Positions 32,765-47,762 of a stretch of DNA of 64,000 nucleotides are shown one piece after another (positions within the stretch are counted from its first letter, which is position 1; every line of letters starts with the position of its first letter). The notes under the pieces were generated by a model, which ran no database searches, had not been told where the DNA came from, and was given only the letters and a program-made list of their open reading frames with translations. The position numbers were made by a program, and so were the translations under genes. Source of the stretch: Eledone cirrhosa (taxonomy: Eukaryota). The stretch is from the NCBI GenBank assembly GCA_964016885.1, contig OZ024755.1:40052001-40116000 (forward strand), given 5' to 3'.

Positions 32765-33373
32765 ATTTATTAATGAATGAACACTTATATGACCTCCTTT
32801 TCACCCCAGAGACATACAGATACATATGCAAATATTGTGGGTCAACATTCATTACAGCATTTAGAATGGCAGAACACACTTAGAGATTACATTCATATTA
32901 AAAGATACAATCAAAAATACAGGTTAAAATACAACATGAAAATAAGCGGTTATATAGTGCAAAGGTTATATATGTGGCAAGCACGTGCGTCTTGTTTATA
33001 TAGTGTGGCAGAGAGTTACGTGTAGTAGAAGCACTTAAGTAGGTAAACAAGACTGTTAGGTTGGTTGATCTGGTGACAAATTCTTTATATGATTGTTATA
33101 GTCTGTGTGTGAAGAAATAATATAAGCATTAAAAATAGTGAAAGCATTAAAAATATTAAAAATATTGGAAATGCGCAGCGAAGGGATGTTATGGACTTCA
33201 TGTACTTCGACATTTTCATAGTCAGGGGAGTGTATTTTTCAGATTATATGCCCCTCACATAATCCACGACGATTCGATATTGAGTGTTTGACAATCCAGT
33301 TAGAGAATCGTAGTCTGATGTACTTTAGTTCAATACAGGAGGATGTTACGTTTCGAGAATCGACATCGAAAAA

Positions 33374-33457
<84 letters not shown>

Positions 33458-33470
33458 GTGTATGTATATG

Positions 33471-33503
<33 letters not shown>

Positions 33504-33516
33504 GTATATATATATG

Positions 33517-33547
<31 letters not shown>

Positions 33548-33578
33548 GTGTATATATATATATATGTATATATATATG

Positions 33579-33629
<51 letters not shown>

Positions 33630-33648
33630 GTATATATATATATGTGTG

Positions 33649-33683
<35 letters not shown>

Positions 33684-33692
33684 GTGTATATA

Positions 33693-33789
<97 letters not shown>

Positions 33790-33850
33790 GTGTGTGTATA
33801 TATATATATATGTGTATATATATATATATATATGTGTGTGTATATATATA

Positions 33851-33901
<51 letters not shown>

Positions 33902-33951
33902 GTATTCTATAAGTCTCTAGCTGTGTCATTCTCGATAAAAGCACTGGATAT

Positions 33952-33994
33952 GTAGTCCTGATGATTTCTAACGAGAATGAAACGCGTAGATTAC
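33952..33994 (+). ncRNA. Hammerhead ribozyme, array unit 1
   Basis: gtagtc-CTGATGA-t-ttct-aacg-agaa-t-GAAA-cgcg-TA-gattac. Confidence 0.85.
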
Positions 33995-34261
33995 TTCCCT
34001 TGCTTTTATCGAGAATCTAATTGTAATACGTGACGTATTCTATTCTATAGCGATTAGGTCTTCAAAATGTTTATTATAAACATACAGAATATTTTCGAAT
34101 ATTCTATGTCTATATTCACATATATATCGCTATTTCAGAGCATTTATTCCAATTTCTAATTTCTGCCGGACCGGCAACCGCTCTTTCAAACCAGTTCCTG
34201 TACACAGCTAAGTATTCTATAAGTCTCTAGCTGTGTCATTCTCGATAAAAGCACTGGATAT

Positions 34262-34304
34262 GTAGTCCTGATGATTTCTAACGAGAATGAAACGCGTAGA
34301 TTAC
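34262..34304 (+). ncRNA. Hammerhead ribozyme, array unit 2
   Basis: Identical to unit 1. Confidence 0.85.
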
Positions 34305-34571
34305 TTCCCTTGCTTTTATCGAGAATCTAATTGTAATACGTGACGTATTCTATTCTATAGCGATTAGGTCTTCAAAATGTTTATTATAAACATACAGAAT
34401 ATTTTCGAATATTCTATGTCTATATTCACATATATATCGCTATTTCAGAGCATTTATTCCAATTTCTAATTTCTGCCGGACCGGCAACCGCTCTTTCAAA
34501 CCAGTTCCTGTACACAGCTAAGTATTCTATAAGTCTCTAGCTGTGTCATTCTCGATAAAAGCACTGGATAT

Positions 34572-34614
34572 GTAGTCCTGATGATTTCTAACGAGAATGA
34601 AACGCGTAGATTAC
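34572..34614 (+). ncRNA. Hammerhead ribozyme, array unit 3
   Basis: Identical to unit 1. Confidence 0.85.
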
Positions 34615-34734
34615 TTCCCTTGCTTTTATCGAGAATCTAATTGTAATACGTGACGTATTCTATTCTATAGCGATTAGGTCTTCAAAATGTTTATTATAAA
34701 CATACAGAATATTTTCGAATATTCTATGTCTATA

Positions 34735-34841
<107 letters not shown>

Positions 34842-34890
34842 GTATATATGTATATATATATGTATATATATATATGTATATATATATATG

Positions 34891-34995
<105 letters not shown>

Positions 34996-35267
34996 GTATA
35001 TAAATGTATATGTATATATATATGTATATATGTATATAAATGTATATGTATATATATATGTATATATATATATGTATATACATATGTATATATATATATA
35101 TGTATATAAATGTATATATATATGTATATAAATGTATATATATATGTATATAAATGTATATATATATATATATGTATATAAATGTATATATATATGTATA
35201 TAAATGTATATATATATATATGTATATAAATGTATATATATGTATATAAATGTATATATGTATATAA

Positions 35268-35297
<30 letters not shown>

Positions 35298-35298
<1 letters not shown>

Positions 35299-37601
35299 AC
35301 TTCTACGGGGCTGACTGGAAGAAGATTAAGAGTGAAATCCGGAAGCAAACATGGAGTGCAAACATCGCCACACAAGACACTAACACACAATTTCAACACT
35401 TCATGACAACGATACACACCATATGCAAAAAGTGTGTCCCGGAGAAAGAGGCAAACAGACACAAAAATCTTATTCCCAGAGATAGGAAAATCCTTATGAG
35501 ACGTAGAACTAAACTCTCAAACCAGTTGAATAGTCAACAAAACCAAAACAAGAAGGAATCCTATTTGAAACGTGCACTACTTGACACCGAGATTGCACTC
35601 AAGCTTTCACATGAGAATGAGAGGGCAAGGAAAGAGAACAGGGCCATAGAAAACATTAAAACAAACCCTAAGGCCTTCTTTAAATTTGCAAAAGAAACTG
35701 CCTCAGTACACTGCAAGATTGGACCACTCTTCCACACGGACGGTTCATTAACCGAAAATCCCCAAGAGATATGTGAAATACTGAACGAACAGTACAAAAG
35801 TGTCTTCACATGTCTACTGAGGCACATGCAAATAACGAAGCCAGAGGAGTTCTTTGATGCCACAACACTACATCAAGAAATGGCAACCATCAACCACATA
35901 GACATAACGGAGGAGGATTTGGTGTACGCCATTGATGAAATTAGAACAGACTCGGCTGCTGGACCTGATGGATTCCCAGCAGTTCTCCTAAAAATATGTA
36001 AGCGGGCCTTAGCAACTCCACTGAAGATGCTCTTCAGAAGCTCCCTGGCTAGCGGTGTACTACCCAGGGAGCTGAAAGAAGGCACAATATGCCCTATCCA
36101 TAAAGGAGGTAGTAGAGCGGAGGCCAAGAACTATAGGCCAGTCTCCCTGACGTCGCATATCAGTAAGGTCATGGAGCGAGTCATCAGAAAGAAACTAATC
36201 ACTTTCCTCGAAGAAAATGACCGCCTGACTAGCACGCAACATGGCTTCCGCCCAGGAAGAAGCTGCCTTACACAACTGCTACATCACTACGACTGGGTAC
36301 TGAGACAACTACTAGACAGCTCACATGTAGACGTGATATATCTTGACTTTGCGAAGGCCTTTGACAAGGTCGACCACGGAATGATATGTCACAAACTACA
36401 CGGACTCGGCATAACTGGAAAAGTAGGTGAGTGGCTGCATGGCTTCTTGAGGGACAGAAGCCAGGCAGTCGCAGCAAATGGGGCCCTCTCGAGGGAAACA
36501 CCGATAACAAGTGGGGTGCCTCAGGGGACAGTCCTGGGACCACTACTGTTTTTGGTGGCTCTCTCGGACATGCCCTCTGTGGTGCATGCAACAACATCCC
36601 TCACTAGCTATGCGGATGACACTAAGGTAGCACAGGCAATCAAAAACCCGGCTGACGCTGCCCTCTTACAGCAGGATCTGGATGCCATATACAGATGGGC
36701 GGAAGAAAACAACATGCAGTTTAATGCTGGCAAATTCCAAGCCCTACAATACAAACCTGCAAACACAAACACAAATATAGCGGAACACAGCTACACAGGA
36801 CCAGGAGGGACCGATATCCCCGTGTCAAAATCGATACGAGACCTGAGCATAGACATGAGCGATGATGCATCTTTTTCTTCACACATCATCAAGGTGGCGA
36901 CAGCATGTAGACGATTCGCTGGCTGGATCTTGAGGACTTTCCTTACAAGAGATCGAGACACCATGTTGACACTGTGGAGGACTTTTGTCCTAAGCCGCCT
37001 GGACTACTGCTCCCAGCTGTGGTCACCCCATAGTGTCAAACTAACCACGGAGCTTGAGGCAATCCAGCGAAGCTACACCAAGAGGATTGCCAAGATAAGG
37101 GAGACAAGCTACTGGAAGAGGCTGAAGGAACTGAACCTCTACTCCTTGGAGCGAAGACGGGAGAGATACGCAGTGATCTACATGTGGAAAATCCTGGAGG
37201 GGCTAGCACCAAACTTTGGCATTGGGAGCTGGACCAACCGTCGAACAGGACGTCACTGTGTGGTGCCAAAGGTCCCGTCTTCCACATCTAGAATAAGGAG
37301 CAGGTATTGCAATAGCCTGGGATTCAAGGGCCCTCAACTCTTCAACAGGCTGCCGAGGCATCTGCGAGACTTGCATGACGTGGAGGTGGATGTCTTTAAG
37401 AAACATCTCGACAACTTGTTATCCAGGATCCCGGATGAGCCCACAGCAAGACACGAGGGAAACCTAAGGGCAGCAGCAACAAACTCCCTCCTACACCAGT
37501 GGCCAACCTATACAGGCTGGAGATAAAATGTGTTGCAACAAGGGCGGTGCCCCAGCATGGCCTCAGCCGGATGGCTGAAACAGGTAAAAGAGTAAAAGAG
37601 A
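35298..37601 (+). mobile_element. CR1-group LINE copy 3, 5'-truncated, uninterrupted RT frame to 37526
   Basis: Open frame of ~740 codons from NFYGADW to WPTYTGWR; tail gtaaaagagtaaaagag. Confidence 0.95.
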
Positions 37602-37626
37602 ATATGTATATATATGTATATAAATG

Positions 37627-37657
<31 letters not shown>

Positions 37658-37678
37658 GTATATATATGTATATAAATG

Positions 37679-37709
<31 letters not shown>

Positions 37710-37776
37710 GTATATAAATGTATATATATATATGTATATATATATATATGTATATATATATATGTATATATATATG

Positions 37777-37807
<31 letters not shown>

Positions 37808-37818
37808 GTATATAAATG

Positions 37819-37850
<32 letters not shown>

Positions 37851-37882
37851 TATGTATATAAATGTATATATGTATATAAATG

Positions 37883-37917
<35 letters not shown>

Positions 37918-37928
37918 GTATATAAATG

Positions 37929-37959
<31 letters not shown>

Positions 37960-38255
37960 TTATTAAAATAACAGATCAAAGTTTAAGCAAAGAATCGCTT
38001 CTTTCACCCTTAACGGGATCTTCAGAAGATCCCGTTAAGGGTGAAAGCAGCGATTATTTCCTTAAACTTTAAACTGTTATTTTAATAAATATTTGCCCTA
38101 CGGTTCTTATATATTTGATATATATTTATCCTTCTCGAGCACTCTTTGGATTTAGTCTTTAAATTCATTATTATTACTATATATGTATATATATATATAT
38201 ATATATGTGTATATATATATGTATATATATATATGTATGTATATGTATATATATG

Positions 38256-38286
<31 letters not shown>

Positions 38287-38315
38287 GTATATATATATGT
38301 ATGTATATATATATG

Positions 38316-38346
<31 letters not shown>

Positions 38347-38347
38347 G

Positions 38348-38378
<31 letters not shown>

Positions 38379-38424
38379 GTTAAGAGAGTAAAACAAAGAA
38401 GCCTTCAATACATCAAAAGTCTTT

Positions 38425-38470
38425 ATTAGCCGACAATGTTTCGTTTTATTAAGGACTCATCAGGGCAATT
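38425..38470 (-). ncRNA. Hammerhead (family F), stem II mutated
   Basis: rc gcc-CTGATGA-gtcc-ttaata-aaac-GAAAC-att-GTC-ggc. Confidence 0.7.
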
Positions 38471-41364
38471 AAAACAACAAGAAGTAATATCGGCAGATAC
38501 AAGCCGGAAGCTCCGAAGAATATGGAGTGTACATACACTAAAGTATTGCAAAAATATATAATAAAAATAATAAAAATATATAATAAAAATTACTAAGGAT
38601 GTATATAACATTAAGAACCATATTACAAATATAGTCCAAAGCAAAAAAACCTAGAGCTAAACAAAGGTGGTTATATAGAGCAGGAATTATATATAATACA
38701 ATGTAATATAATATAATATAATATACCTTTACCAACACTAAAATTACAATAAAAATCAAAAGGTACAATATGCATATGTATATATGTGCGCACACGTACA
38801 CACACATACACATACAACAATACACACATCCATCTTCAACTGCACAAATTAATCCTTATTAAGAGTTTGAATATAAAAATAAGCATGATAGGAATGAAAA
38901 TAATAATAATAATAATACTAATACATCTACCCAATATACATGAGGTAATAATATGATATAATTATAAGTCGCACATATAATAAATAATAAACAATACAAT
39001 TATATACTATATAATACAATATAATAGAATAGATAATCTCCGGTTAATTTACAGAAACAATATAGATGTCACAATAATAATATAATAATAATATACTAAA
39101 ATTTATAATATACAATATACTAACATTTATAATAAACACTATATAATGGTACTCAAGTTAACAAATCAATTCATACTGGGTTACAGAGTAGGTGAGGACA
39201 AATAAATTGTACAATACCCCCCAAAAAATGTTGATGGTACAAAAAAATACAAACATCTTACATGATATATAAAGTTTAACATATCATAATGTTACATATA
39301 ATTAACGGTAAGTAATAAGGATCAATATTACAATAAAAAATACAATATAATATAATATATTATATAAAATAAATTAACATAATATAATATATAATTACTT
39401 ATAATTACAAGGTTGGTAGACAGACATGTATATGGATGAGTGAGTAAGTGCCAGACAGTAAATATAATGCACAGTATTATTACAAATAAAATATAAAATA
39501 TAAAATATAGAATAAAATAAACAAATAGAATCAACCGGAAATTAAAAAACAAAAACAAGCGTATACATTTAGGTCTCACATGCAGTTAAGTAGTTAAGTA
39601 AAAACTAAGGAAACAACCCCTGTAAATGACTCGAAAACCCTATTTGATAAATTAATATTAAAAATATTTAAACTATCCAATAAGGCAGTATAATATTAGC
39701 TATAGTTTAAGTCATTAAAGTTTATAAACGTTAATATTTCGTTACAAATGTTTACAAAAAGGAATGAAAATTTTTTACTATCATATACATAACGATATCT
39801 AAAAAACTGACTTAAGTAGAATTAAGGTAGACTAATAGGGACAGAAATGAAGAAATATATGGAGGATGCAAAGGGGCATAAAATATAGTCGATATACTAT
39901 ATTACATAATAGAAAGGAGCGTAAAAGAGGGGGGGGGTTAAATATAATCATAGTCAATTTGGAGGGGTTGACAATAAGTTTATGTGCGCATGGAGGGGGG
40001 GGGGTTATCCAAAGAAGAATCCGAATAAAAATAAAAATAAAAATAAGAATAAAATAAAATAAATAGCGTAAAATATATAATCTTATATACATTCATAAGG
40101 TGTAATAGTGAAAATTTAATGCGTAAGAAGATAGATATGGTACAGTAGCCAAAAGATTATGAGAGCTAGAATAAAGAGTCATCAAAAACCAATGATAATA
40201 ATAATGATAATAATAATGTTGGCAAACAAAAGAACCTAAACTAAAAAATAAATAATGGAATATATCAGCTAATGGGTACAATTTGTACTACTAGAACGTT
40301 TAGGTTTATAATAAAAGTATGAATTAGAAATAGCGTGGGGGCAAGAAGAGAATATCTCAGACTTTCTATTAAGTAAGGATGCGCTAGAGAAAATTATAGA
40401 GTGTGTCTCAAGTATACAGAGATTACAAAACTTACTATGTGTAGAAAGGTGGTTAGAGCGTGCTACTAAACGCCAGTTAAGGCTATATGGTATATTAGCT
40501 CCCTTAAGAAGTAGAATTCTTAAACTTAACATGTTTGAAATTAGAGATATGAGAGTTAAACCTAGTCTTAAAAGTGTTAGATGTAGAGCCTATATAAGTT
40601 CTATTAGAGGAATTAGTTATAACTTCGCAAGCATAGACAATGTTCTTAGAAAGGCAGTTACCGTTTAAAGGGCAGTTAGCACTCACTCTACAATTGCACT
40701 TCCGGGTGTTATTGGTTGGCTCAAGTGGTGATGCATTACACGTATGATTGCTATTAGATAAGGACTGTTCTGGTGGTAATGCATTGCCAGATCTGTTCAG
40801 ACTAGTAGTATGTAGAGAGGAGAATCCATCCCTAATTTTCCTATTGTTAGTGCTAGCTAAATGAGAACTAATATTAGGGGTGGTAGAGAATGAAAGTTTA
40901 ATAACATTTTTATTAAAAATACTATGGTATTTATGAGAAGGGGGGAAATTTTTCTCTAAGATAGAGAAGAAAGATCTTGTTGTATGTGTATATGTGTGTA
41001 CGTGTGCGCACATATATACATATGCATATTGTACCTTTTGATTTTTATTGTAATTTTAGTGTTGGTAAAGGTATATTATATTACATTGTATTATATATAA
41101 TTGTATTATACATTAAAGGTATATTATATTACATTGTATTATATATAATTCCTGCTCTATATAACCACCTTTGTTTAGCTCTAGGTTTTTTTGCTTTGGA
41201 CTATATTTGTAATATGGTTCTTAATGTTATATACATCCTTAGTAATTTTTATTATATATTTTTATTATTTTTATTATATATTTTTGCAATACTTTAGTGT
41301 ATGTACACTCCATATTCTTTGGAGCTTCCGGCTTGTATCTGCCGATATTACTTCTTGTTGTTTT

Positions 41365-41410
41365 AATTGCCCTGATGAGTCCTTAATAGGACGAAACATT
41401 GTCGGCTAAT
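41365..41410 (+). ncRNA. Canonical-core hammerhead (family F), GUC cleavage triplet
   Basis: gcc-CTGATGA-gtcc-ttaata-ggac-GAAAC-att-GTC-ggc, followed by AATAAA. Confidence 0.9.
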
Positions 41411-41576
41411 AAAGACGTTTGATGTATTGAAGGCTTCTTTGTTTTACTCTCTTAATTTTTCGGCTCTGTTTAACTACATTGGGCTATACCTTTTACTGTC
41501 ATTTCTATAATACGAAGAGGGTGTTTAACTCCAACACGCTCCAGTATTTTAACCCTTATATATATATGTAAATATA

Positions 41577-41623
<47 letters not shown>

Positions 41624-41680
41624 GTATATATATATATGTATATATATATATATGTATATATATATATGTATATATATATG

Positions 41681-41791
<111 letters not shown>

Positions 41792-41952
41792 GTATATATG
41801 TATATATGTATATATGTATATATGTATATATGTATGTATTTATATGTATATATGTATATATGTATATATATATATGTATATATATGTATATATATGTATA
41901 TATATATATATGTATATATATGTATATATATGTATATATATGTATATATATG

Positions 41953-41984
<32 letters not shown>

Positions 41985-41988
41985 TACG

Positions 41989-42039
<51 letters not shown>

Positions 42040-42046
<7 letters not shown>

Positions 42047-42542
42047 TAAACAAATAATGAACAAACAATTCCTTATATTAAACAAAAAAAGTTCACTATT
42101 TAACGATCGTTTCTAGGGCATATATGTGTTATAATTGGTATGCATATTTAACAGATCTATGTACAAAATTATACAAAATTATACAAATTATCAAGATTAA
42201 ATATACATACCTAACTCATATATACGCCGTCTTCAGAAATAAAGAAGACGGCGTATATATGAGTTAGGTATGTATATTTAATCTTGATAATTTGTATAAT
42301 TTTGTATAATTTTGTACATAGATCTGTTAAATATGCATACCAATTATACCAATTATACCAATTATATCTTGATAATTTGTATAATTTTGTATAATTTTGT
42401 ACATAGATCTGTTAAATATGCATACCAATTATACCAATTATACCAATTATAACACATATATGCCCTAGAAACGATCGTTAAATAGTGAACTTTTTTTGTT
42501 TAATATAAGGAATTGTTTGTTCATTATTTGTTTAATATTTTA
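42040..42542. repeat. Fold-back repeat (family G), centre ~42240
   Basis: 42040-42233 is inverted at 42244-42542 with an internal duplication; diverged homolog at about 47895-48085. Confidence 0.85.
42097..42241 (-). ncRNA. Hammerhead with ~120-nt stem II (family G)
   Basis: rc tattt-CTGAAGA-cggcgtatat...atatgcccta-GAAA-cgatcg-TT-aaata. Confidence 0.65.
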
Positions 42543-42674
42543 TCTTGACTCTGTATACCGTTTATCTTTCACCGAAAGTGGATTTTCATTACATCTCTTC
42601 TTTCCATGATATCCGGAATACATTGAGTTCTTCATACGGATTGGACACTACCGTAAACTCTTGGTAGATTTATC

Positions 42675-42751
<77 letters not shown>

Positions 42752-43521
42752 GAGGGAGCTTATAGATAGGACAACACACGCTGTCTTTTCGTGGGGTAAG
42801 TTTTTAATTAATTTTTGTATTCTGAAACATCAAAATACAACAATTTGTTGGTCACTGGACTCGGGAATGTCACGACAGAAGTTTGTGGAAGTTACACAAA
42901 TATTTTAGTATATTTTAGCAGAGCAATCCTTATTTATATTTTACATTTTACATTTACTTACATCTCAATATAACATGGCTAAAATCCAAATTTTGCAAAG
43001 AGAAGAAAACGGCCAAATCAACTAGATACATCGCACTGTCCCCCGCCACCACAATAACTTCTACACTCTCTCCCCACCATCACATGTCATTACCCTATCT
43101 AGACTAAAGTCATCGACCTGTTGTCAAACTCTTTACTCTCTGTTGAATGTATATATATATATATATGTATGTATATGTGTGTATATACATCACTCAGTCA
43201 AACGACCAGATTTCAACCCCAACATCTACAACAACACCACCGGCACTAATGTTTACAGCAACAACAGCGGCATCAAAAGATAAAAAAAATAAAAAAATAA
43301 AAAATCTCAAAATAACAAAACACACACACACACACGCACACAACACAACAACAACACCAACTGCCACCACCACCACTACCGCTGCTGCCATCACCATCAC
43401 CAGTGACCGGGCCTTAAGAAAACAACTTTAATAATAATTTCAACTATACTAACTCTTGAAAGTCAACAGTTGACTTAATCTTGTAATCTTGTATCAGTAA
43501 TGACGGTAATATATATATATT

Positions 43522-43555
<34 letters not shown>

Positions 43556-43682
43556 AGTAGAGTAGCGTGTGTGTTTGTTTGTATGTATGAGTGTTGCTGT
43601 CTGCGCGCATATATATGCGCGTGTGTGTATGTCGTACGTATAAGTGTCAATAAGTGACTTTTTTTTTTCCTTCTTTATTTTT

Positions 43683-43944
43683 GCGCGGGGACATAGAAAT
43701 AATCGGGCTGGATGCCCGATCGCGCAGTTAAACCACTGGGAGTGAAGAACCCCTAGCCCTTGTCAGGGCATTCTTCTAGGAGAAGGCATCTCAGGAAACT
43801 GGGTTAACTGCGGCTCAGTAGTTACCGATGATGTTGATCTTTTCTTCTTTTCGGATTGGCTCAGTGCACAGTCTTTCCTCACTTTAAAAATATTCTTCAC
43901 GCACAGGCATTGCACGAGTGCATTAATAATTATTAATAGTGTAC

Positions 43945-43989
<45 letters not shown>

Positions 43990-46900
43990 TTTTTTTTTTT
44001 TTTTTTTTCCAATGATGTTCCAGAACATTATAAAAGAGATAATTGGCAATTTAGGTTCTGGAACAAAAAAGATCATTGGCAATAAGAGCAGGGGCCCCAG
44101 GTTATCACAGCCTGGACCCGCTCGTCATCGTGCCATTGTAATAGAGCCAAACAAGGCATTTAGTCTTGGCTGCTGGAACGTACGGACGCTGCTTGACAGG
44201 GATTCCTTGGGGCGTCCTGAACGAAGGACCGCTCTTGTTGCAAAGGAGCTTCGACGTTACGATCTTGACATCGTGGCTTTATCTGAGACGAGGCCAGCTG
44301 GAGATGGTCATCCTACGGAATTTTGTGGAGAATATACATTCTTCTGGAAAGGAAGAGATGAAGGAACCAGAAGAGAGGCTGGGGTAGGATTTGCTGTTAA
44401 GACTGTGCTTGTGAACAAATTAGAAGAATTCCCAGTAGGGATTAGTGAGCGTCTTATGTCCATGAGAGTTCCACTGGAAAAGGGAAGATATGCTACCCTG
44501 GTGAGTGTGTATGCTCCAACTATGAGTTCTGTCGATGACGAAAAGGTGTCCTTTTACTATGTCTTGAAAGGTCTTTTAAGAAATATCCCTCAGGCAGACA
44601 AGGTCATCGTGCTTGGTGACTTTAATGCTAGAGTGGGTAGGGATTTTAACACATGGAATGTAATCGGAAGGCATGGGGTGGGAAAGTGTAACAGCAATGG
44701 TATGCTCCTGCTGCAGATGTGTGAGGAGCTGGATCTGTGTGTTACCAACACCATGTTCCAACAAAAGAACAAATTCAAGACCACATGGATGCATCCTGCA
44801 TGTAAGGAATGGCATCTTCTGGACTACGTCCTAGTCAGGATGCGTGACAGACAGGATGTGCAGTGTGTTCGTGTTCTTCGTGGAGCTGAGTGCTGGACAG
44901 ACCACCGCCTGGTACGCGCAAAAGTGAAACTAATCACTAAACGTAAAATCCGGGCTCCTGGTGTTGCCCTGCCCAAAAGATTGAATGCTGCTCGTCTTAA
45001 GGATAACAATGTGAAGAGGACATTGGAAGAAGAGATGCAGGCTGCAGATCTTGGTGAGGATTGGCCGACCCTTAAAAAGTCGGTTTATGATGTAGGCAGG
45101 CGTGTTCTGGGATTGGCGCAGAGGAAACATCAGGACTGGTTTGATGAGAATGATGTACATATAGAAGACTTGTTGGCTGATAAGAGGCGTGCTCTGTCAC
45201 GCTACTTGACGGCAAAACCACAGGAGAGGAATACGTTGCATGAGGAACTCAGGGATGTAAAATCACGTGTTAGGCGGAGTCTTTCTCAGATGAAGGATCA
45301 GTGGTGGAGTGAGAAGGCTGGTGAGATACAAACTGCGTCTGATTCCAATAACACAAAGCTGTTGTAGAGTCTCTTGCGTGAGGTTTATGGACTGTCTTCT
45401 TCTCTGGTGACACCGCTTCGCAGCAAGGATGGCAAAGAACTTATTCGTGACTCACAAGGAATTCTACGAAGGTGGCGAGAGCACTTTGATGATCTTTTGA
45501 ATCAGCCGTCTGTCGTCAGTGAAGATTTCCTCAATCTCATTCCAGAAAGTCCTGTGAAAGTAGCTCTCGCAGAACCTCCGACGCTTGTGGAGGTTGCAGT
45601 GGCTATTTGGAAGCTGAACAGTGGAAGATCTCTAGGTATGGATGGCATACATGCAGAGCTCCTACAATATGGTGGTGAAAGACTCATGCAACATCTTCAC
45701 TCTTTGTTTGGCAGGATATGGGCTAATGAATCCGTACCTGAGGACTGGAGAGATGCAGTAATAGTGGTCTTGTGCAAGGGAAAGGGTAACAAGAACGATT
45801 GTGGGAACTACAGAGGTATATCATTGCTTTCTGTCGTAGGGAAAGTTTTATGTAGGGTGCTTCTGGACCGTCTGCTGACACACACTGCAGATTGTGTTCT
45901 TCCTGAAAGTCAATCTGGTTTTCGTGCTGGACGCGGCACTACTGATATGATCTTCTCAGCTAGACAGCTCCAGGAGAAGTGCATGGAACAAGGCTTGGAT
46001 CTGTATCAGGTTTTTGTCGATCTGACAAAAGCTTTCGATACTGTTAACAGAGATGCATTATGGAAGGTTCTCCAGAAACTTGGTTGCCCTGATAAGTTCC
46101 TTGCTTTAGTTAGGTCTTTCCATGACGACATGAAGGCTTGGGTTAATGTCGGGGTAACATGTCGGAGCCTATCTCAGTAAAAAATGGAGTGAAACAGGGG
46201 GATATTCCAGCACCGACCCTGTTTGCCATATACTTTGCAATGGTTTTCTGTATTGCATTCAGGAATTGCGAGCATGGTGTTTACATCCGATATCGAACCT
46301 CAGGCAGCATATTTAACATCAGGCGCTTTGCTGCGAAGACAAAAGTATTTACATCAATCATAAGAGACCTCTTGTATGCAGATGATTGCGATCTTGTAGC
46401 GCACACAGAGAGTGATATGCAGCACATTTTGAATGCATTTTCTGACGCTTGCACTGCCCTAGGTCTGACTGTCAGTCTCAACAAAACCGTCATGTACCAA
46501 CCTGCCCCTGGTAAGCAGTACACTGAACCAAACATCTATGTGTATGGCAAACGACTTGGCGTGGTTGATCAGTTTGTCTACCTGGGAAGCACTGTCAATC
46601 GATACAGCAACCTTGACAGTGAAATGTCACTTAGGATTAGGAAAGTAAGTGATGCTTTCGGAAAGCTAGAAAGGCGACTCTGGGGTCGGCGAGACATATG
46701 CAGGAGGACAAAGGTAAAAGTGTACAGGGCATGTGTGCTCTCTTGTCTTCTTTATGCCTGCGAGACCTGGGTCACATATCGACACCACCTTAAGCAATTG
46801 GAGCGTTTCCATCAGATGTGTCTCAGACGGATCCATGGCGTTCACTGGAGGGACCACATCAGTGATGTCGAGATTTTGGAAAGCTCTATGTGTGACAGTA

Positions 46901-47714
46901 TAGATGCTCTTGTGCTTCAGCAACAACTCCGTTGGAGTGATCACCTTGCCAGGATGAAGGATTCTAGAATACCAAAACAACTCTTTTATGGAGAGTTGGT
47001 TAAAGGAAAACGACCGCCACATAAACCAAAAAGGAGGTATAAGGATTCCTTGAAAGCCTCTCTGAAAGACGCTAACATCTATGCTGATACATGGGAGAAT
47101 ATTGCTGCTGATCGTAATAAATGGAGAAAGACTGTATATGGGGGAAAAGTTGCCTTTGAGGCATCTCGAATCGCATACGAGAAAGTAAAGCGGGATGTGA
47201 GGAAGGGCATTGCTGTTGCACTTTCAGACGGCGAGGGTCCTCCTATGGTGCTGACATGCAGCGTATGTGCGAGACTCTGCCTAAGCAAAGCTGGACTCGA
47301 AAGTCATCTTCGCAGTCGTAAAGTAAGACCAGTGGTTGACTACCAGGCTGCTGTTGGAGATGCTACTCATCATGCTTGCCAAACATGTGGTAGAGAATGT
47401 AAATCAGCAGGAGGGCTCAAGCGACATGCAAAAGTACACGAACTCCAACCACAGCCGACTATTCCCAGTGAATGTTTTGGTTGCCGACTCTGTGCAAGAC
47501 ATTTTAGATCATTGGCTGGGCTAAAAAGCCACATTCGATCGCAGCGCTGTTAGTTGCTATCGTGTGTGTGTGTGTGTAGATATGCTTATGTGTGTGCGTG
47601 TGTGTGTATATATATATATGTATATGTATATTATTATTGTTGTTGTCGTTATTATTATTGTTGTTGTTATTATTATTATTATTGTTATTAATGTATGTGT
47701 GTGTGTATATGTGT

Positions 47715-47762
<48 letters not shown>

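Larger units (their letters stand above)
38378..41454 (-). mobile_element. Penelope-like 3' fragment (GIY-YIG about 40980-40270, long AT-rich 3'UTR) with inverted terminal copy
   Basis: CNCRVSANCPLNGNCLSKNIVY..YIGSTSNTFKTRF..CNLCILE; 38378-38820 is inverted at 40978-41454. Confidence 0.88.

Noticed and set aside
38022-38055. Hammerhead-like CAGAAGA-tccc-gttaa-gggt-GAAA-gcagc (also at 26.85 and 57.55 kb, minus strand)
   Set aside because: A at position 4, no clear UH cleavage site or stem I; not counted
42765-42805. Possible host exon ending in GG/GTAAGT (similar site at about 1914)
   Set aside because: Donor-like motif only; no acceptor, ORF or homology support
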